From Lujinxingia vulgaris (lineage in GTDB: Bacteria > Myxococcota_A > Bradymonadia > Bradymonadales > Bradymonadaceae): a DNA stretch of 35,596 nt. The position numbers and the translations under genes were made by a program. Positions 27,201 to 33,851 of the stretch are shown here, one piece after another. The notes beneath the pieces were generated by a model, which saw nothing but the letters and a program-made list of their open reading frames with translations, was not told the origin of the DNA and searched no databases. Every line of letters begins with the position of its first letter. Position 1 is the stretch's first letter. The stretch covers positions 1 through 35,596 of the forward strand of contig JBEBSM010000001.1 in NCBI GenBank assembly GCA_040394315.1. Direction: 5' to 3'.

Positions 27201-27901
27201 TTGGGAAAGGAGAGTGGCTGACCGGAGATCGCGTTGTTGGTGATCGTGCTTTCGATGCGAACGTGTCGTGCGCCGGGCTCAAGGATGTAGCGCGTCGCAA
27301 ATTTAACGAGCGGCGTACCTTCGCTGTTGGCTGGAATACCTTTGAGTGCGTCGGTTAACTCAGGCTTGTAGCTGTTGACCATGGCCTGGTTAAAGAAGCG
27401 CAACATCGTGATGAATTCGCCGCCGCGGCCCTGGACTTCCACGATCGCGGCTTTTCCGTCCGAGCCATCGTTGATGATTTCGATGTTTTCGGGATCGATC
27501 ATTTCCAGAAAAAATGCCGGGAAAAGCTCGCCGAAGGAATCGCGTCCGGTGCCGCCCATGGGCGTGCCGTGGGCGTCGGCGCGGACAAGATCTGCGTCGA
27601 TGAGCGATCCGCCAAAGATTCCCGAGCCGCGGTTAAAGCTGAGATCTTGGATGATCAGGCGAACCTGATCGTTTTCGAGCAAGTAGTCGCCTACTTCCCC
27701 GAGTCCTGTAGGACCGCCGATGAGCTGGTTTCGGTTGGTAACCCGTTGAGCGGCCGCGGTGGCTTCCCGGGGATCAGAATCGCACGCAGATAGAACGAGT
27801 ATACTCAGGATTATCGCGAGTACTCTCACGGCGGCGCCTGACCTAAAACGGCGCTCGCCAGCGAGCACCGAGGTGTTGGTCGAATTAGTGGCGTTGAGCA
27901 C
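24221..27901 (-). CDS. Large lipoprotein with a PHP-type (CehA/McbA-like) metallohydrolase domain and carboxypeptidase-regulatory-like beta-sandwiches
   Basis: Lipobox LVLSAC. The GTG at 27829 would give MRVLAIILSILVLSAC. PHP-like ligand motifs are GDFHLHALGS (HLH at 25859-25867), VVATDHNY (25760-25783), VNHPRD and SGNSDSHD (25019-25042). Two segments resemble CarboxypepD_reg (GRVIDQASG..., TDASGNFQF...). Confidence 0.78.
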   Translation of the reverse strand: MLNATNSTNTSVLAGERRFRSGAAVRVLAIILSILVLSACDSDPREATAAAQRVTNRNQLIGGPTGLGEVGDYLLENDQVRLIIQDLSFNRGSGIFGGSLIDADLVRADAHGTPMGGTGRDSFGELFPAFFLEMIDPENIEIINDGSDGKAAIVEVQGRGGEFITMLRFFNQAMVNSYKPELTDALKGIPANSEGTPLVKFATRYILEPGARHVRIESTITNNAISGQPLSFPNKQIAGALQGFTGIDFSSFTIPAGHVIGFGARNKLFAPGIGFDLRFGLEAVYQKPLELPALPGHITNLLATTNGDGLSYGFASAPDPDSNFIYRKKDYYGENVQPDDMLLLFYASGFAAAFTSELPTELAPSYCVEGKSAADRCGEIASQCESPEATPNFCEKQNTACLQYYDSCLTLRGKLPNSYTFTNYFIIGDGDVASIRDEHYRLKNQETHLVQGRVIDQASGTFATEKLNVLIYNAAQDKTCKTLGNTPSAAHPFSQALTDASGNFQFRLESGDYCYRVAGSGRPTSDAMPMNVSGDTHISPVARGAGRIQASVFDTSGQPIPAKMTVVGSYIPQAGKKPNEYLFDLAAGESWRTGEFVDTDYDDSDLSPRRFVETVAFSDAAGKALTRVPPGKYTVYFSRGTEYELDSHEIEIKPGAVATISATLRRSVKPIGYMSGDFHLHALGSIDSGLDYNTRVISIAAEGLDLVVATDHNYISDYEPYILSNQLKPWLKSVIGLELTTFEGGHFNGFPLKRDISSMNRGSMQWQERPPQELFDTLRENGAYGPDKTIVQVNHPRDSLLGYFSQHNVDGFTSRADLTFKTTEPGTDTLMATVTTPSGPGFIKPCDDDPKKPCSTFSWDFDVIEAFNGKRLEMLHHFRMPYNTDELPPETLAYFKSDDPAEQEKLDAEFAALPPKGTILCDNNKIAFPGGLDDWYNTLNYPRPDGTYRRYAVSGNSDSHDAASPGDSEPGYPRNYFYVGHNNVEKLTDLQLVDAIQNHNMIVTNGPFINMEINSKPLGSMITTKENKVAVTLRTQAAGWVGDKFNYRLIANGETVREGAIQLKDYAWEETITVDISGDTWFVVEVTGDKNLFPVITPDDQGRTNIDAAVGSLSSTFGLGGGVPGLKPNDKFYVTPFAVTNPIWIVLDPAGTRTEFVPHSPPHATSRAGAFEPAALLLPGHFEHVGKRLDAVNVPNLVHDDGIKLRQSGEVRDLRMLFEHWGGHAH

Positions 27902-27930
27902 AGATACCTCAAAAGTCTACAGAAACTGGT

Positions 27931-29391
27931 TTACCAGGTGAGTTGCAAAAGAATATCAAAGCGATCGTTGTCTAGCTCGCGCTGCTCTTGCTCACCGGTA
28001 AAGGTGTAGTTAGCCATTACACGAACGGGGTAGCCGGTAGCGTTATAGTTGAGTCCGATCGTGTGATACGTAAGCGCGTCCTGTTCAAACAGTTCCAGAC
28101 TATCGCCGGCTCCAAAATCGGAGGTCGGGTCGAGGTAGGACAGGCGGTACGCGGGTTGAAGGCCGAAAAACGGCTCTTGATAGGCAACCTGCACCTGGTA
28201 CGAGAGCGATTTGATGGTCGGGGAATTGGCGAGGTCCGGGGAGGTCGCTTCGCGTTGCATGACGTTGGCAAAGATCGAAGCGCCGTACATGTTTACGAGA
28301 AGGTCGGCGGTCCAGCCGCTGAGATCTTGATTGATGCGGTTGGGTTCGATGCCAAAAGTATTGTTGTTGATGAAGTAAGCGCCGCCGAGTTGAATTGCTT
28401 CGCCCCAGTTTAATCCGGCGCGGCCGTAGTAGGCCATTTTACCGTTCGCGTTTACGGAGAGGTTTTCTGGCTGCCCGTTGGTGATCGCAACGGCGTAGGT
28501 GACGCCGGGGCCGACGGCTTTGTCGTCTTCGGCCAGGAAGTAGTAGCTACCGCGTGCTTGAAGCCCGATTTCGCGGGAGATCCCCAGACCGGAGGCGTTT
28601 CGACCTTCGATCGATGAAACACCGCGGTTTCCAACGCTTCGGTTAACGAAGAGCATGGCGGAATTTGGAATCAGTTCTTCGCGATCAAAGGGCGCTTTGA
28701 ATTGACCGAGATTGAACTCGAGAAAGTTGTAGGGGCGGTACAAGGCATACGCATCGGCCATGCGGACGCCGAGTTTATGTGCGGGCGCATTGTTGGCATC
28801 GGCGCCGATATTGGCAGCACCATTGAATTCAAAGTAGAATCCAAGGCCGTTATCCATGTTTCCGGCGAAAGACAGGCGGGCGTCGGCGAAGTTGAAGCCG
28901 TCGTTTCGTCCTACGGACTGGAGGTTGGCATCGTCGTCAATCCAGGTATAGGCCGTGCGCAGATAACCGCCAACGGTTACATCCCAGCGATCAAGTAGAT
29001 CGGCTACGTTGCTGTTACCGCGTACCGTGACATCGGGGGATTTGCCGCGAGCGATCTTTGGTTCTGCGAACAGTGGGCTGGGGGCGAGTTCGCTGTCCTG
29101 GGGGTGTTGTTCCTGTAGATCTTGCTCTTCGATAGCAAAATCTTCGGATGCCGTTGGGGCGGGAGTTTCGACAGGTGTCGGGGAATCTTCTGTAGCTGGG
29201 GCCGTTCTTTTTAAGGGAGCACCGTCGCCATCGTTGATCGCAGGTGCCGGCTCTTCTTGTTCAATTTCTTGTACAATCGGCGCGTCGGGTTGTTCACTTG
29301 GATCAATATCTACCACCTGGGCAAATACGGGTGAGGCAAAAAACAGGGAGATTGGGAGAATTAACTGCCAGGGGTTACGGCGTGAGAACAT
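27931..29391 (-). CDS. Outer-membrane beta-barrel porin-like protein
   Basis: Signal peptide ...LFFASPVFAQ, then an acidic proline-rich linker. The body has alternating amphipathic strands rich in G/Y/N/A, and the C-terminus ends LLQLTW with a terminal aromatic. It resembles phosphate-selective porin O/P-type barrels, but that assignment is unverified. Confidence 0.68.
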   Translation of the reverse strand: MFSRRNPWQLILPISLFFASPVFAQVVDIDPSEQPDAPIVQEIEQEEPAPAINDGDGAPLKRTAPATEDSPTPVETPAPTASEDFAIEEQDLQEQHPQDSELAPSPLFAEPKIARGKSPDVTVRGNSNVADLLDRWDVTVGGYLRTAYTWIDDDANLQSVGRNDGFNFADARLSFAGNMDNGLGFYFEFNGAANIGADANNAPAHKLGVRMADAYALYRPYNFLEFNLGQFKAPFDREELIPNSAMLFVNRSVGNRGVSSIEGRNASGLGISREIGLQARGSYYFLAEDDKAVGPGVTYAVAITNGQPENLSVNANGKMAYYGRAGLNWGEAIQLGGAYFINNNTFGIEPNRINQDLSGWTADLLVNMYGASIFANVMQREATSPDLANSPTIKSLSYQVQVAYQEPFFGLQPAYRLSYLDPTSDFGAGDSLELFEQDALTYHTIGLNYNATGYPVRVMANYTFTGEQEQRELDNDRFDILLQLTW

Positions 29392-29673
29392 ATTTTCCCT
29401 CAGCTTCGGAAATTATAGAAATGGTACGCAAATAAAACACATCATTAGTATTTAGAGGGCAGGCATTGTTTTGCGGTATGAACACGAAGCGCTTGAATGA
29501 AGCATCGCGCGATCAGGAAGCAGGCCTACCTGATACAGGTCTATATATCATGGCCGAGGTAAGCGTCCAGAAGCGCAAAAGAATATCGGTGTGTGTTTCA
29601 AGTGGAAAGCGTGGTTTGAAAGGGCTGAAAACCGGGAGTGAAAAACTATTTTGCAATTTGATGAAAATAGTAC

Positions 29674-29701
29674 TTGACGGCCATTCGAAAATAACTACTA
29701 T
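29674..29701 (+). promoter_or_regulatory. Putative sigma70-type promoter of the tRNA operon
   Basis: TTGACG (29674-29679), 16 nt spacer, TACTAT (29696-29701), about 48 nt upstream of tRNA-Ser(TGA). Confidence 0.4.
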
Positions 29702-29749
29702 TCACCTCCCCAGCACGGGACTTTCAGTAAAAGGAAAGGCCAGAGTGTT

Positions 29750-29832
29750 GGAGGAGTGGCCGAGCGGTTGAAGGCACCGGTCTTGAAAACCGGCAAGCGA
29801 GAGCTTCGTGGGTTCGAATCCCACCTCCTCCG
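29750..29832 (+). tRNA. tRNA-Ser (anticodon TGA)
   Basis: Acceptor GGAGGAG/CTCCTCC, D-arm TGGCCGAGCGG, anticodon loop CTTGAAA, long variable arm, T-arm GTGGGTTCGAATCCCAC, discriminator G. No encoded CCA. Confidence 0.93.
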
Positions 29833-29901
29833 TTCCGCAAGTGCGGAGGGACGTAAGACGGTCGAGTTTGGCCGGTGTTTGTAATAACGCGAAAGCGTGT
29901 T

Positions 29902-29988
29902 GGAGAGATGGCCGAGTGGCTGAAGGCGCTCCCCTGCTAAGGGAGTATACGTGTAAACGTATCGAGGGTTCGAATCCCTCTCTCTCCG
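29902..29988 (+). tRNA. tRNA-Ser (anticodon GCT)
   Basis: Acceptor GGAGAGA/TCTCTCC, anticodon stem CTCCC/GGGAG with loop CTGCTAA, long variable arm, T-arm GAGGGTTCGAATCCCTC. Confidence 0.93.
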
Positions 29989-30036
29989 CTGAAATATCGT
30001 TCGCAGTTCTCGAAAGAGGGTGTGGACGAAGCGGTT

Positions 30037-30110
30037 GCACTTGTAGCTCAATTGGATAGAGCAATGGTCTACGGAACCATAGGTTGGAGGTTCGAACCCT
30101 TCCAGGTGCA
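30037..30110 (+). tRNA. tRNA-Arg (anticodon ACG), copy 1
   Basis: Acceptor GCACTTG/CAGGTGC, D-arm TAGCTCAATTGGATAGAGC, anticodon stem ATGGT/ACCAT with loop CTACGGA, T-loop TTCGAAC. Confidence 0.93.
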
Positions 30111-30113
30111 CTT

Positions 30114-30146
30114 GAAACACCCTTTGTTTAAGGGTGTTTCTTTTTT
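30114..30146 (+). terminator. Intrinsic terminator after tRNA-Arg copy 1
   Basis: GAAACACCC-9 nt loop-GGGTGTTTC followed by TTTTTT. Confidence 0.75.
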
Positions 30147-30204
30147 AAGCCCGCACGAGTTGTCAGTATTTGAATGAAAATTGACACACGGCAGGAAATA
30201 GAGC

Positions 30205-30233
30205 TTGACAAAACTAGCGGCACGGCCTACAAG
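30205..30233 (+). promoter_or_regulatory. Putative promoter for tRNA-Arg copy 2 (and possibly tadA)
   Basis: TTGACA (30205-30210), 17 nt spacer, TACAAG (30228-30233), about 44 nt upstream of the tRNA. Confidence 0.35.
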
Positions 30234-30277
30234 CCGTTTCGTTGTTGGCGGCTCGAAATGCAAGCAACACAAAGAAT

Positions 30278-30351
30278 GCACTTGTAGCTCAATTGGATAG
30301 AGCAATGGTCTACGGAACCATAGGTTGGAGGTTCGAACCCTTCCAGGTGCA
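30278..30351 (+). tRNA. tRNA-Arg (anticodon ACG), copy 2, identical to copy 1
   Basis: The same 74-nt sequence as 30037-30110. The flanks diverge within a few nucleotides. Confidence 0.93.
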
Positions 30352-30418
30352 CTTGAGACGGTCTTATTAACAGGCGTTTCTTTTTGAAGTACGTTGTAAC
30401 TACTGAGGCAGTACAGTC

Positions 30419-30934
30419 ATGAAAGGTGATAAAGCTTTCATGGAGCTAGCACTACAAGAAGCACGAGATGCTCAGGCATCGGGTGAAGTTCCTGTAGGTG
30501 CGGTGGTCGTTCACAAAGGCGTGGTCATTGCGACTGGTTCCAATCGCCGCGAAAGTTGGAACGACCCGACAGCCCACGCAGAATTGATAGCTGTGCGACG
30601 CGCAGCAGAACATCTGGGAAGCTGGCGGCTCGACGATTGTACGGTTTTTGTGACGCTTGAACCCTGTCCGATGTGTGCAGGGATGCTGGTCAATTCACGT
30701 GTTCCCCGCGTTGTTTTTGGAGCGCGCGATTCAAAGGCAGGTGCTTTTCGTTCGCTATATGCGATCGGAGACGATCCGCGACTGAATCATCGAATTGATA
30801 TCGTAGAAGGCTGTCTTGGTGCCGCGTGCGGAGAGATACTAACAGATTTTTTTCGTTCGATTCGTGAAGCTCAAAAGGCAAAGCGTGCGAGTGATAAAGA
30901 GCTTCCGGAATCATCGGAAGACGACGTTCTTTGA
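30419..30934 (+). CDS. tadA: tRNA-specific adenosine-34 deaminase
   Basis: The CDA-fold zinc motifs are HAELIAVRRAA and TLEPCPMCAGML, followed by RVPRVVFGARDSKAGA. This is collinear with TadA. Confidence 0.93.
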   Translation: MKGDKAFMELALQEARDAQASGEVPVGAVVVHKGVVIATGSNRRESWNDPTAHAELIAVRRAAEHLGSWRLDDCTVFVTLEPCPMCAGMLVNSRVPRVVFGARDSKAGAFRSLYAIGDDPRLNHRIDIVEGCLGAACGEILTDFFRSIREAQKAKRASDKELPESSEDDVL

Positions 30935-30963
30935 CATAGATACTCCCTGGGCGGGAAAATTAG

Positions 30964-31050
30964 GGAGGGGTGGCCGAGTGGTTGAAGGCGCTTGATTCGA
31001 AATCAAGTGTGCTTGAAAGGGTACCGTGGGTTCGAATCCCACCCCCTCCG
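30964..31050 (+). tRNA. tRNA-Ser (anticodon CGA)
   Basis: Acceptor GGAGGGG/CCCCTCC, anticodon stem CTTGA/TCAAG with loop TTCGAAA, long variable arm, T-arm GTGGGTTCGAATCCCAC. Confidence 0.92.
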
Positions 31051-31088
31051 TTGTACAAAATAGGGAGTAGTATCCAGAGAACGTTTCT

Positions 31089-31176
31089 GGGGAGGTGGCC
31101 GAGTGGTTGAAGGCGCACGCTTGGAAAGCGTGTATACGTTAATCGCGTATCGAGGGTTCGAATCCCTCTCTCTCCG
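31089..31176 (+). tRNA. tRNA-Ser (anticodon GGA)
   Basis: Acceptor GGGGAGG/TCTCTCC (two G-U pairs), anticodon stem CACGC/GCGTG with loop TTGGAAA, long variable arm, T-arm GAGGGTTCGAATCCCTC. Confidence 0.9.
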
Positions 31177-31177
31177 C

Positions 31178-31205
31178 TTGACATTACACCGCAAGGTGTT
31201 AAACA
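31178..31205 (+). promoter_or_regulatory. Putative promoter for the SRP RNA gene
   Basis: TTGACA (31178-31183), 16 nt spacer, TAAACA (31200-31205), about 14 nt before the SRP RNA helix. Confidence 0.3.
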
Positions 31206-31218
31206 AGACTTGAAACAA

Positions 31219-31330
31219 AGCTCAACCCTTGAGCGGTCGGCGCGACTACTGGCCTGGCACCTCGCCAGACCCGGGAGGGAGCAGCGAACCAGGCACAGGG
31301 TGTGCGTCGACCGCTGAGGGGTTGAGTTAG
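31219..31330 (+). ncRNA. ffs: Signal recognition particle RNA (small bacterial 4.5S type)
   Basis: A single long hairpin: 31221-31239 pairs with 31308-31326 with one G-G mismatch. The apical domain IV-like sequence is CGCCAGACCCGGGAGGGAGCAGCGAACCAGGCA, compared with E. coli CCAGGUCAGGUCCGGAAGGAAGCAGCCAAGGCAG. It has a GNRA tetraloop (GGGA) and the GGAGCA motif. Its position after tadA matches the tadA-scr synteny known in Bacillus. Confidence 0.82.
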
Positions 31331-31351
31331 TTTCGAGTTGAGTCAAAAAAG

Positions 31352-31385
31352 AAAACCACAATGTGAATGCATTGTGGTTTTTTTG
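31352..31385 (+). terminator. Intrinsic terminator after ffs
   Basis: CCACAATG-TGAATG-CATTGTGG followed by TTTTTTT. Confidence 0.8.
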
Positions 31386-31514
31386 TTTCTTGTTTTATTC
31401 GTGACGGATTACTCGGAATTCATCGGTTGCATCGAATTGCAGACTAGTGGGATGTTATTGGCTCAATACTGGTGATGAGATGTCGAGTAGATGGACTGAA
31501 TAGTCGAGGACTGA

Positions 31515-32891
31515 ATGCGGATATTGACCAGGTGGGCACTGACTGGGCTGTGGATGCCGGGCTTGTTGAGCATTGCATTGGTATCGGGATGTGGGGCTTC
31601 GCAGTCTGCCGATACCGAGCACGTGGTGGAACAGCAGGAACCGGTTTCGAAGCCAGTGGCGCAACAAGAAAGCGATCGTTTCTTGTTGGTGCTCGCCACA
31701 ACGCGTTTGTACCGGGAGCCGGATGAATCGGCGGCGTATTTGCAGTTGCGCAGTGTTGAACAGGAAGCGGCAGAGCGTGCTGCGCGCATCAAGATTGCGA
31801 TGGAGCGGCGTGAGCGCGATGTAAAAAACGATAAAGTATGGAATGAGCGCGAGAAAAAGCGTGCGGCGCGCGCGCGCAAACGTGCTCGAGGTAAAAAAGC
31901 GCGGGCTGCGGCGCGGACGGCAAGTAATGAGCGGCGCGAAGCCCGTCGGGCAAAACAAATTGCCCGGGACGTGGGCTATTTGCGAAAAGATGCGGAAACC
32001 TACGCGCTGCAAAGTCCGGGGACGCAGGCGATCGTTTTGAAATGGATCGCGGAACATGGCGATTGGATCGAAGTTGAAACGACTTCGACCGAGCAATCGG
32101 GTGCTCATTGCCATGGCCAGGGACATGAGGCGTTGGGACAATTCCGGATGCGGTTTTACGTGCGCCGTGATGATCTGTTGCAGACGCTTCGTGATCGCGT
32201 GACTATTGGGTTGGGCGCTGGCACGTCCATGGAATTGATACCGGGCGTGGTGTTGATGCCGGTTAGCGGTAAGAATCCGCGTTATAAAGTGCTGGTCGAC
32301 GGGTTTGAATTTGTCGTTTCGGCCGGTGATTTTGAGGTCGCGGACAGCTATCGGCCGAATAAGCCTTTTGAAATGCAGACGACCGATACGGTATTTTCTG
32401 ATGAGGCGCTGATCCACAAAAGATTGAAGCTTGATCGCAGAACTCACCTGCCGTTTAATCCTTATTATCGCTTGTATGTGCTGGAAACATCGCGAGCGAG
32501 AAGTACCGTGTATGCAACGACGCAAACGCCGTGTGCGCGGTATGTCGTGAAGGTGCAGAATAAATATCTGACGGCAGCGCCGCCCAATGCGATGCAATTC
32601 GATTTGCGCAGATCGCACGGTCCTCCGGCGAAACCGTATGTGGAGGCCGGTACGGAAGTTTTCTCTCCGGACGGCAAGCTACTGGGTGAAGCCTACGTGG
32701 ATGCTCATCTGGGGGTGCCGATTCGGAGTGTTCAAAATGTCGGTCGCCTGGATGAAAACACGGTTGAACAAACATGTTTTCGTAAAACATTCGGCCTGCG
32801 CCACAAAATCGAGGACGAGCTTACTCGTCAGAATCTGGATTTGTGCGTAAAGCTGGATGATGTGGTAAGACATGAGTTAGAGGTATTTTGA
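31515..32891 (+). CDS. Hypothetical lipoprotein with a highly charged K/R/E-rich segment
   Basis: Lipobox ALVSGC. Residues about 90-165 are ERAARIKIAMERRERDVKNDKVWNEREKKRAARARKRARGKKARAAARTASNERREARRAKQIARD. The C-terminal ~290 aa are globular-looking and unrecognised. Confidence 0.65.
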   Translation: MRILTRWALTGLWMPGLLSIALVSGCGASQSADTEHVVEQQEPVSKPVAQQESDRFLLVLATTRLYREPDESAAYLQLRSVEQEAAERAARIKIAMERRERDVKNDKVWNEREKKRAARARKRARGKKARAAARTASNERREARRAKQIARDVGYLRKDAETYALQSPGTQAIVLKWIAEHGDWIEVETTSTEQSGAHCHGQGHEALGQFRMRFYVRRDDLLQTLRDRVTIGLGAGTSMELIPGVVLMPVSGKNPRYKVLVDGFEFVVSAGDFEVADSYRPNKPFEMQTTDTVFSDEALIHKRLKLDRRTHLPFNPYYRLYVLETSRARSTVYATTQTPCARYVVKVQNKYLTAAPPNAMQFDLRRSHGPPAKPYVEAGTEVFSPDGKLLGEAYVDAHLGVPIRSVQNVGRLDENTVEQTCFRKTFGLRHKIEDELTRQNLDLCVKLDDVVRHELEVF

Positions 32892-32965
32892 AGTATTTAT
32901 GAGTATTGTTAACAAGAATAGATTTTGGGCCGGTTGTGGCCTGTAAGTAACCGGAGAGTTGAGTC

Positions 32966-33466
32966 ATGAAAGCTAAAAGTATTTCGGAAGCGATGCGTCC
33001 TTTGTGGTTGATTGTTCTGGCGCTGGTATTGGTGACGGCTGTGGCGTGCGGCGATGAAGAACCCGACAAACCAGCAGACAATAATCAACAGGATGCGGGG
33101 ACGAAGGTCGATGTGGATGAGGAAGAAGCTCCTCTTGCGCTGATCGGGATCTGGGGCACGGTTGATAATAACTCCGAGATCATTACCAAAGATAAGTGGG
33201 ACACGATGTCGATCATTGAGTTCAACAATGAAGAGCGCTGGTTGATTACCCAGAACCCACCGGGCGATCTGGGTGCGGATAAGTACAATAAAATTTTGTG
33301 GACGCCGATTGTTCGTCAGCAGTTCTATTATTGCATGATCGAAATCGGTCGAAATAAGCTGGAAGAAGTCAAAGAAAGCCAGGTAAAGGCTGATGATAGC
33401 GATCCAACCAAGGGTGGTTGTCCTGCCGGTTCGATTCAGACCTGGTCATTGTTAACGCGCAAGTAA
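32966..33466 (+). CDS. Small acidic-linker lipoprotein, paralog of 33852-34430
   Basis: GGAGAG Shine-Dalgarno. Signal peptide ending TAVAC-GDEE, then an acidic linker. The conserved C-terminal module reads KILWTPIV..FYYC...LEE...DP..GGC......LLTRK. Confidence 0.72.
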   Translation: MKAKSISEAMRPLWLIVLALVLVTAVACGDEEPDKPADNNQQDAGTKVDVDEEEAPLALIGIWGTVDNNSEIITKDKWDTMSIIEFNNEERWLITQNPPGDLGADKYNKILWTPIVRQQFYYCMIEIGRNKLEEVKESQVKADDSDPTKGGCPAGSIQTWSLLTRK

Positions 33467-33513
33467 CTTTTGTTGTCGCGCGGGCTGGCACCGGTAATTT
33501 CAATCGAGCGTGA

Positions 33514-33542
33514 TTGACCTGTTTTTGAATCGGTGCTACTGC
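33514..33542 (+). promoter_or_regulatory. Putative promoter of the riboswitch-led operon
   Basis: TTGACC (33514-33519), 17 nt spacer, TACTGC (33537-33542). The -10 element is weak. Confidence 0.3.
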
Positions 33543-33544
33543 CC

Positions 33545-33700
33545 AGCGCGTGAACGACGGAGCAGAAAGTCGGTACGAGTCCGACGCTGCCCCCGCAACT
33601 GTAATCGGTGATGAATCTGATGCAAACCACTGGCGAAATTTGGCCGGGAAGGAATCAGATGAAGATGACCCGATAGCCAGGATATTGCTTCGTCGTGGAT
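33545..33700 (+). promoter_or_regulatory. Cobalamin (B12) riboswitch-like aptamer
   Basis: Conserved blocks appear in the expected order: GGTACGAGTCCGAC (33572-33585), GCTGCCCCCGCAACTGTAA (33586-33604), CCACTGG (33627-33633) closing a 5-bp hairpin onto CCGGGAAGG (33644-33652), GATGACC (33664-33670), and the B12-box-like AGCCAGGA (33675-33682). Confidence 0.78.
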
Positions 33701-33712
33701 TGAACACCATTG

Positions 33713-33758
33713 CTTCGGGTCGGAGGCAAGTGGGGTTGTTGGCCGGCTGAAGTTTTTT
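33713..33758 (+). terminator. Candidate riboswitch attenuator hairpin with U-tract
   Basis: CTTCGG (33713-33718) pairs with CTGAAG (33747-33752) and CGG (33721-33723) with CCG (33743-33745), followed by TTTTTT (33753-33758). ACCCGA (33668-33673), inside the aptamer 3' part, can alternatively pair with TCGGGT (33715-33720). Confidence 0.45.
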
Positions 33759-33851
33759 GAATGATTGTGTATTCATAAAAGGTAGCCGCCTTTCCTCCCT
33801 GCAGTTATCTCCGATCTGGTTCTTATCAACCTCCCCAGACGGAGTTTTTTT

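Noticed and set aside
29392-29430. TATAAT hexamer on the minus strand (29422-29427) as the porin operon promoter, and a possible Pho box
   Set aside because: No acceptable -35 element lies at 16-18 nt and I could not identify a Pho-box-like direct repeat, so this is too weak to list as a feature.
29466-29771. 101-aa plus-strand ORF upstream of the tRNA cluster
   Set aside because: It runs through the putative tRNA promoter and into tRNA-Ser(TGA), with no Shine-Dalgarno and no recognisable protein features.
29698-31361. Minus-strand and plus-strand ORFs (29698-30120, 29702-30064, 29808-30059, 30069-30305, 30960-31361, 31003-31218)
   Set aside because: They are built from tRNA and SRP RNA sequence; the repeated GFEP and SNPR peptides are translations of T-arms. 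These are classic false ORFs over stable RNA genes.
29750-31400. Genomic island or prophage integration at the tRNA cluster
   Set aside because: There is no integrase, no direct repeat of a tRNA 3' end, and no abrupt change in gene content. The duplicated tRNA-Arg is full length with an ordinary terminator and promoter context.
31455-32618. 387-aa minus-strand ORF
   Set aside because: It is antisense to the lipoprotein gene at 31515-32891, and its R-rich composition marks it as a shadow ORF.
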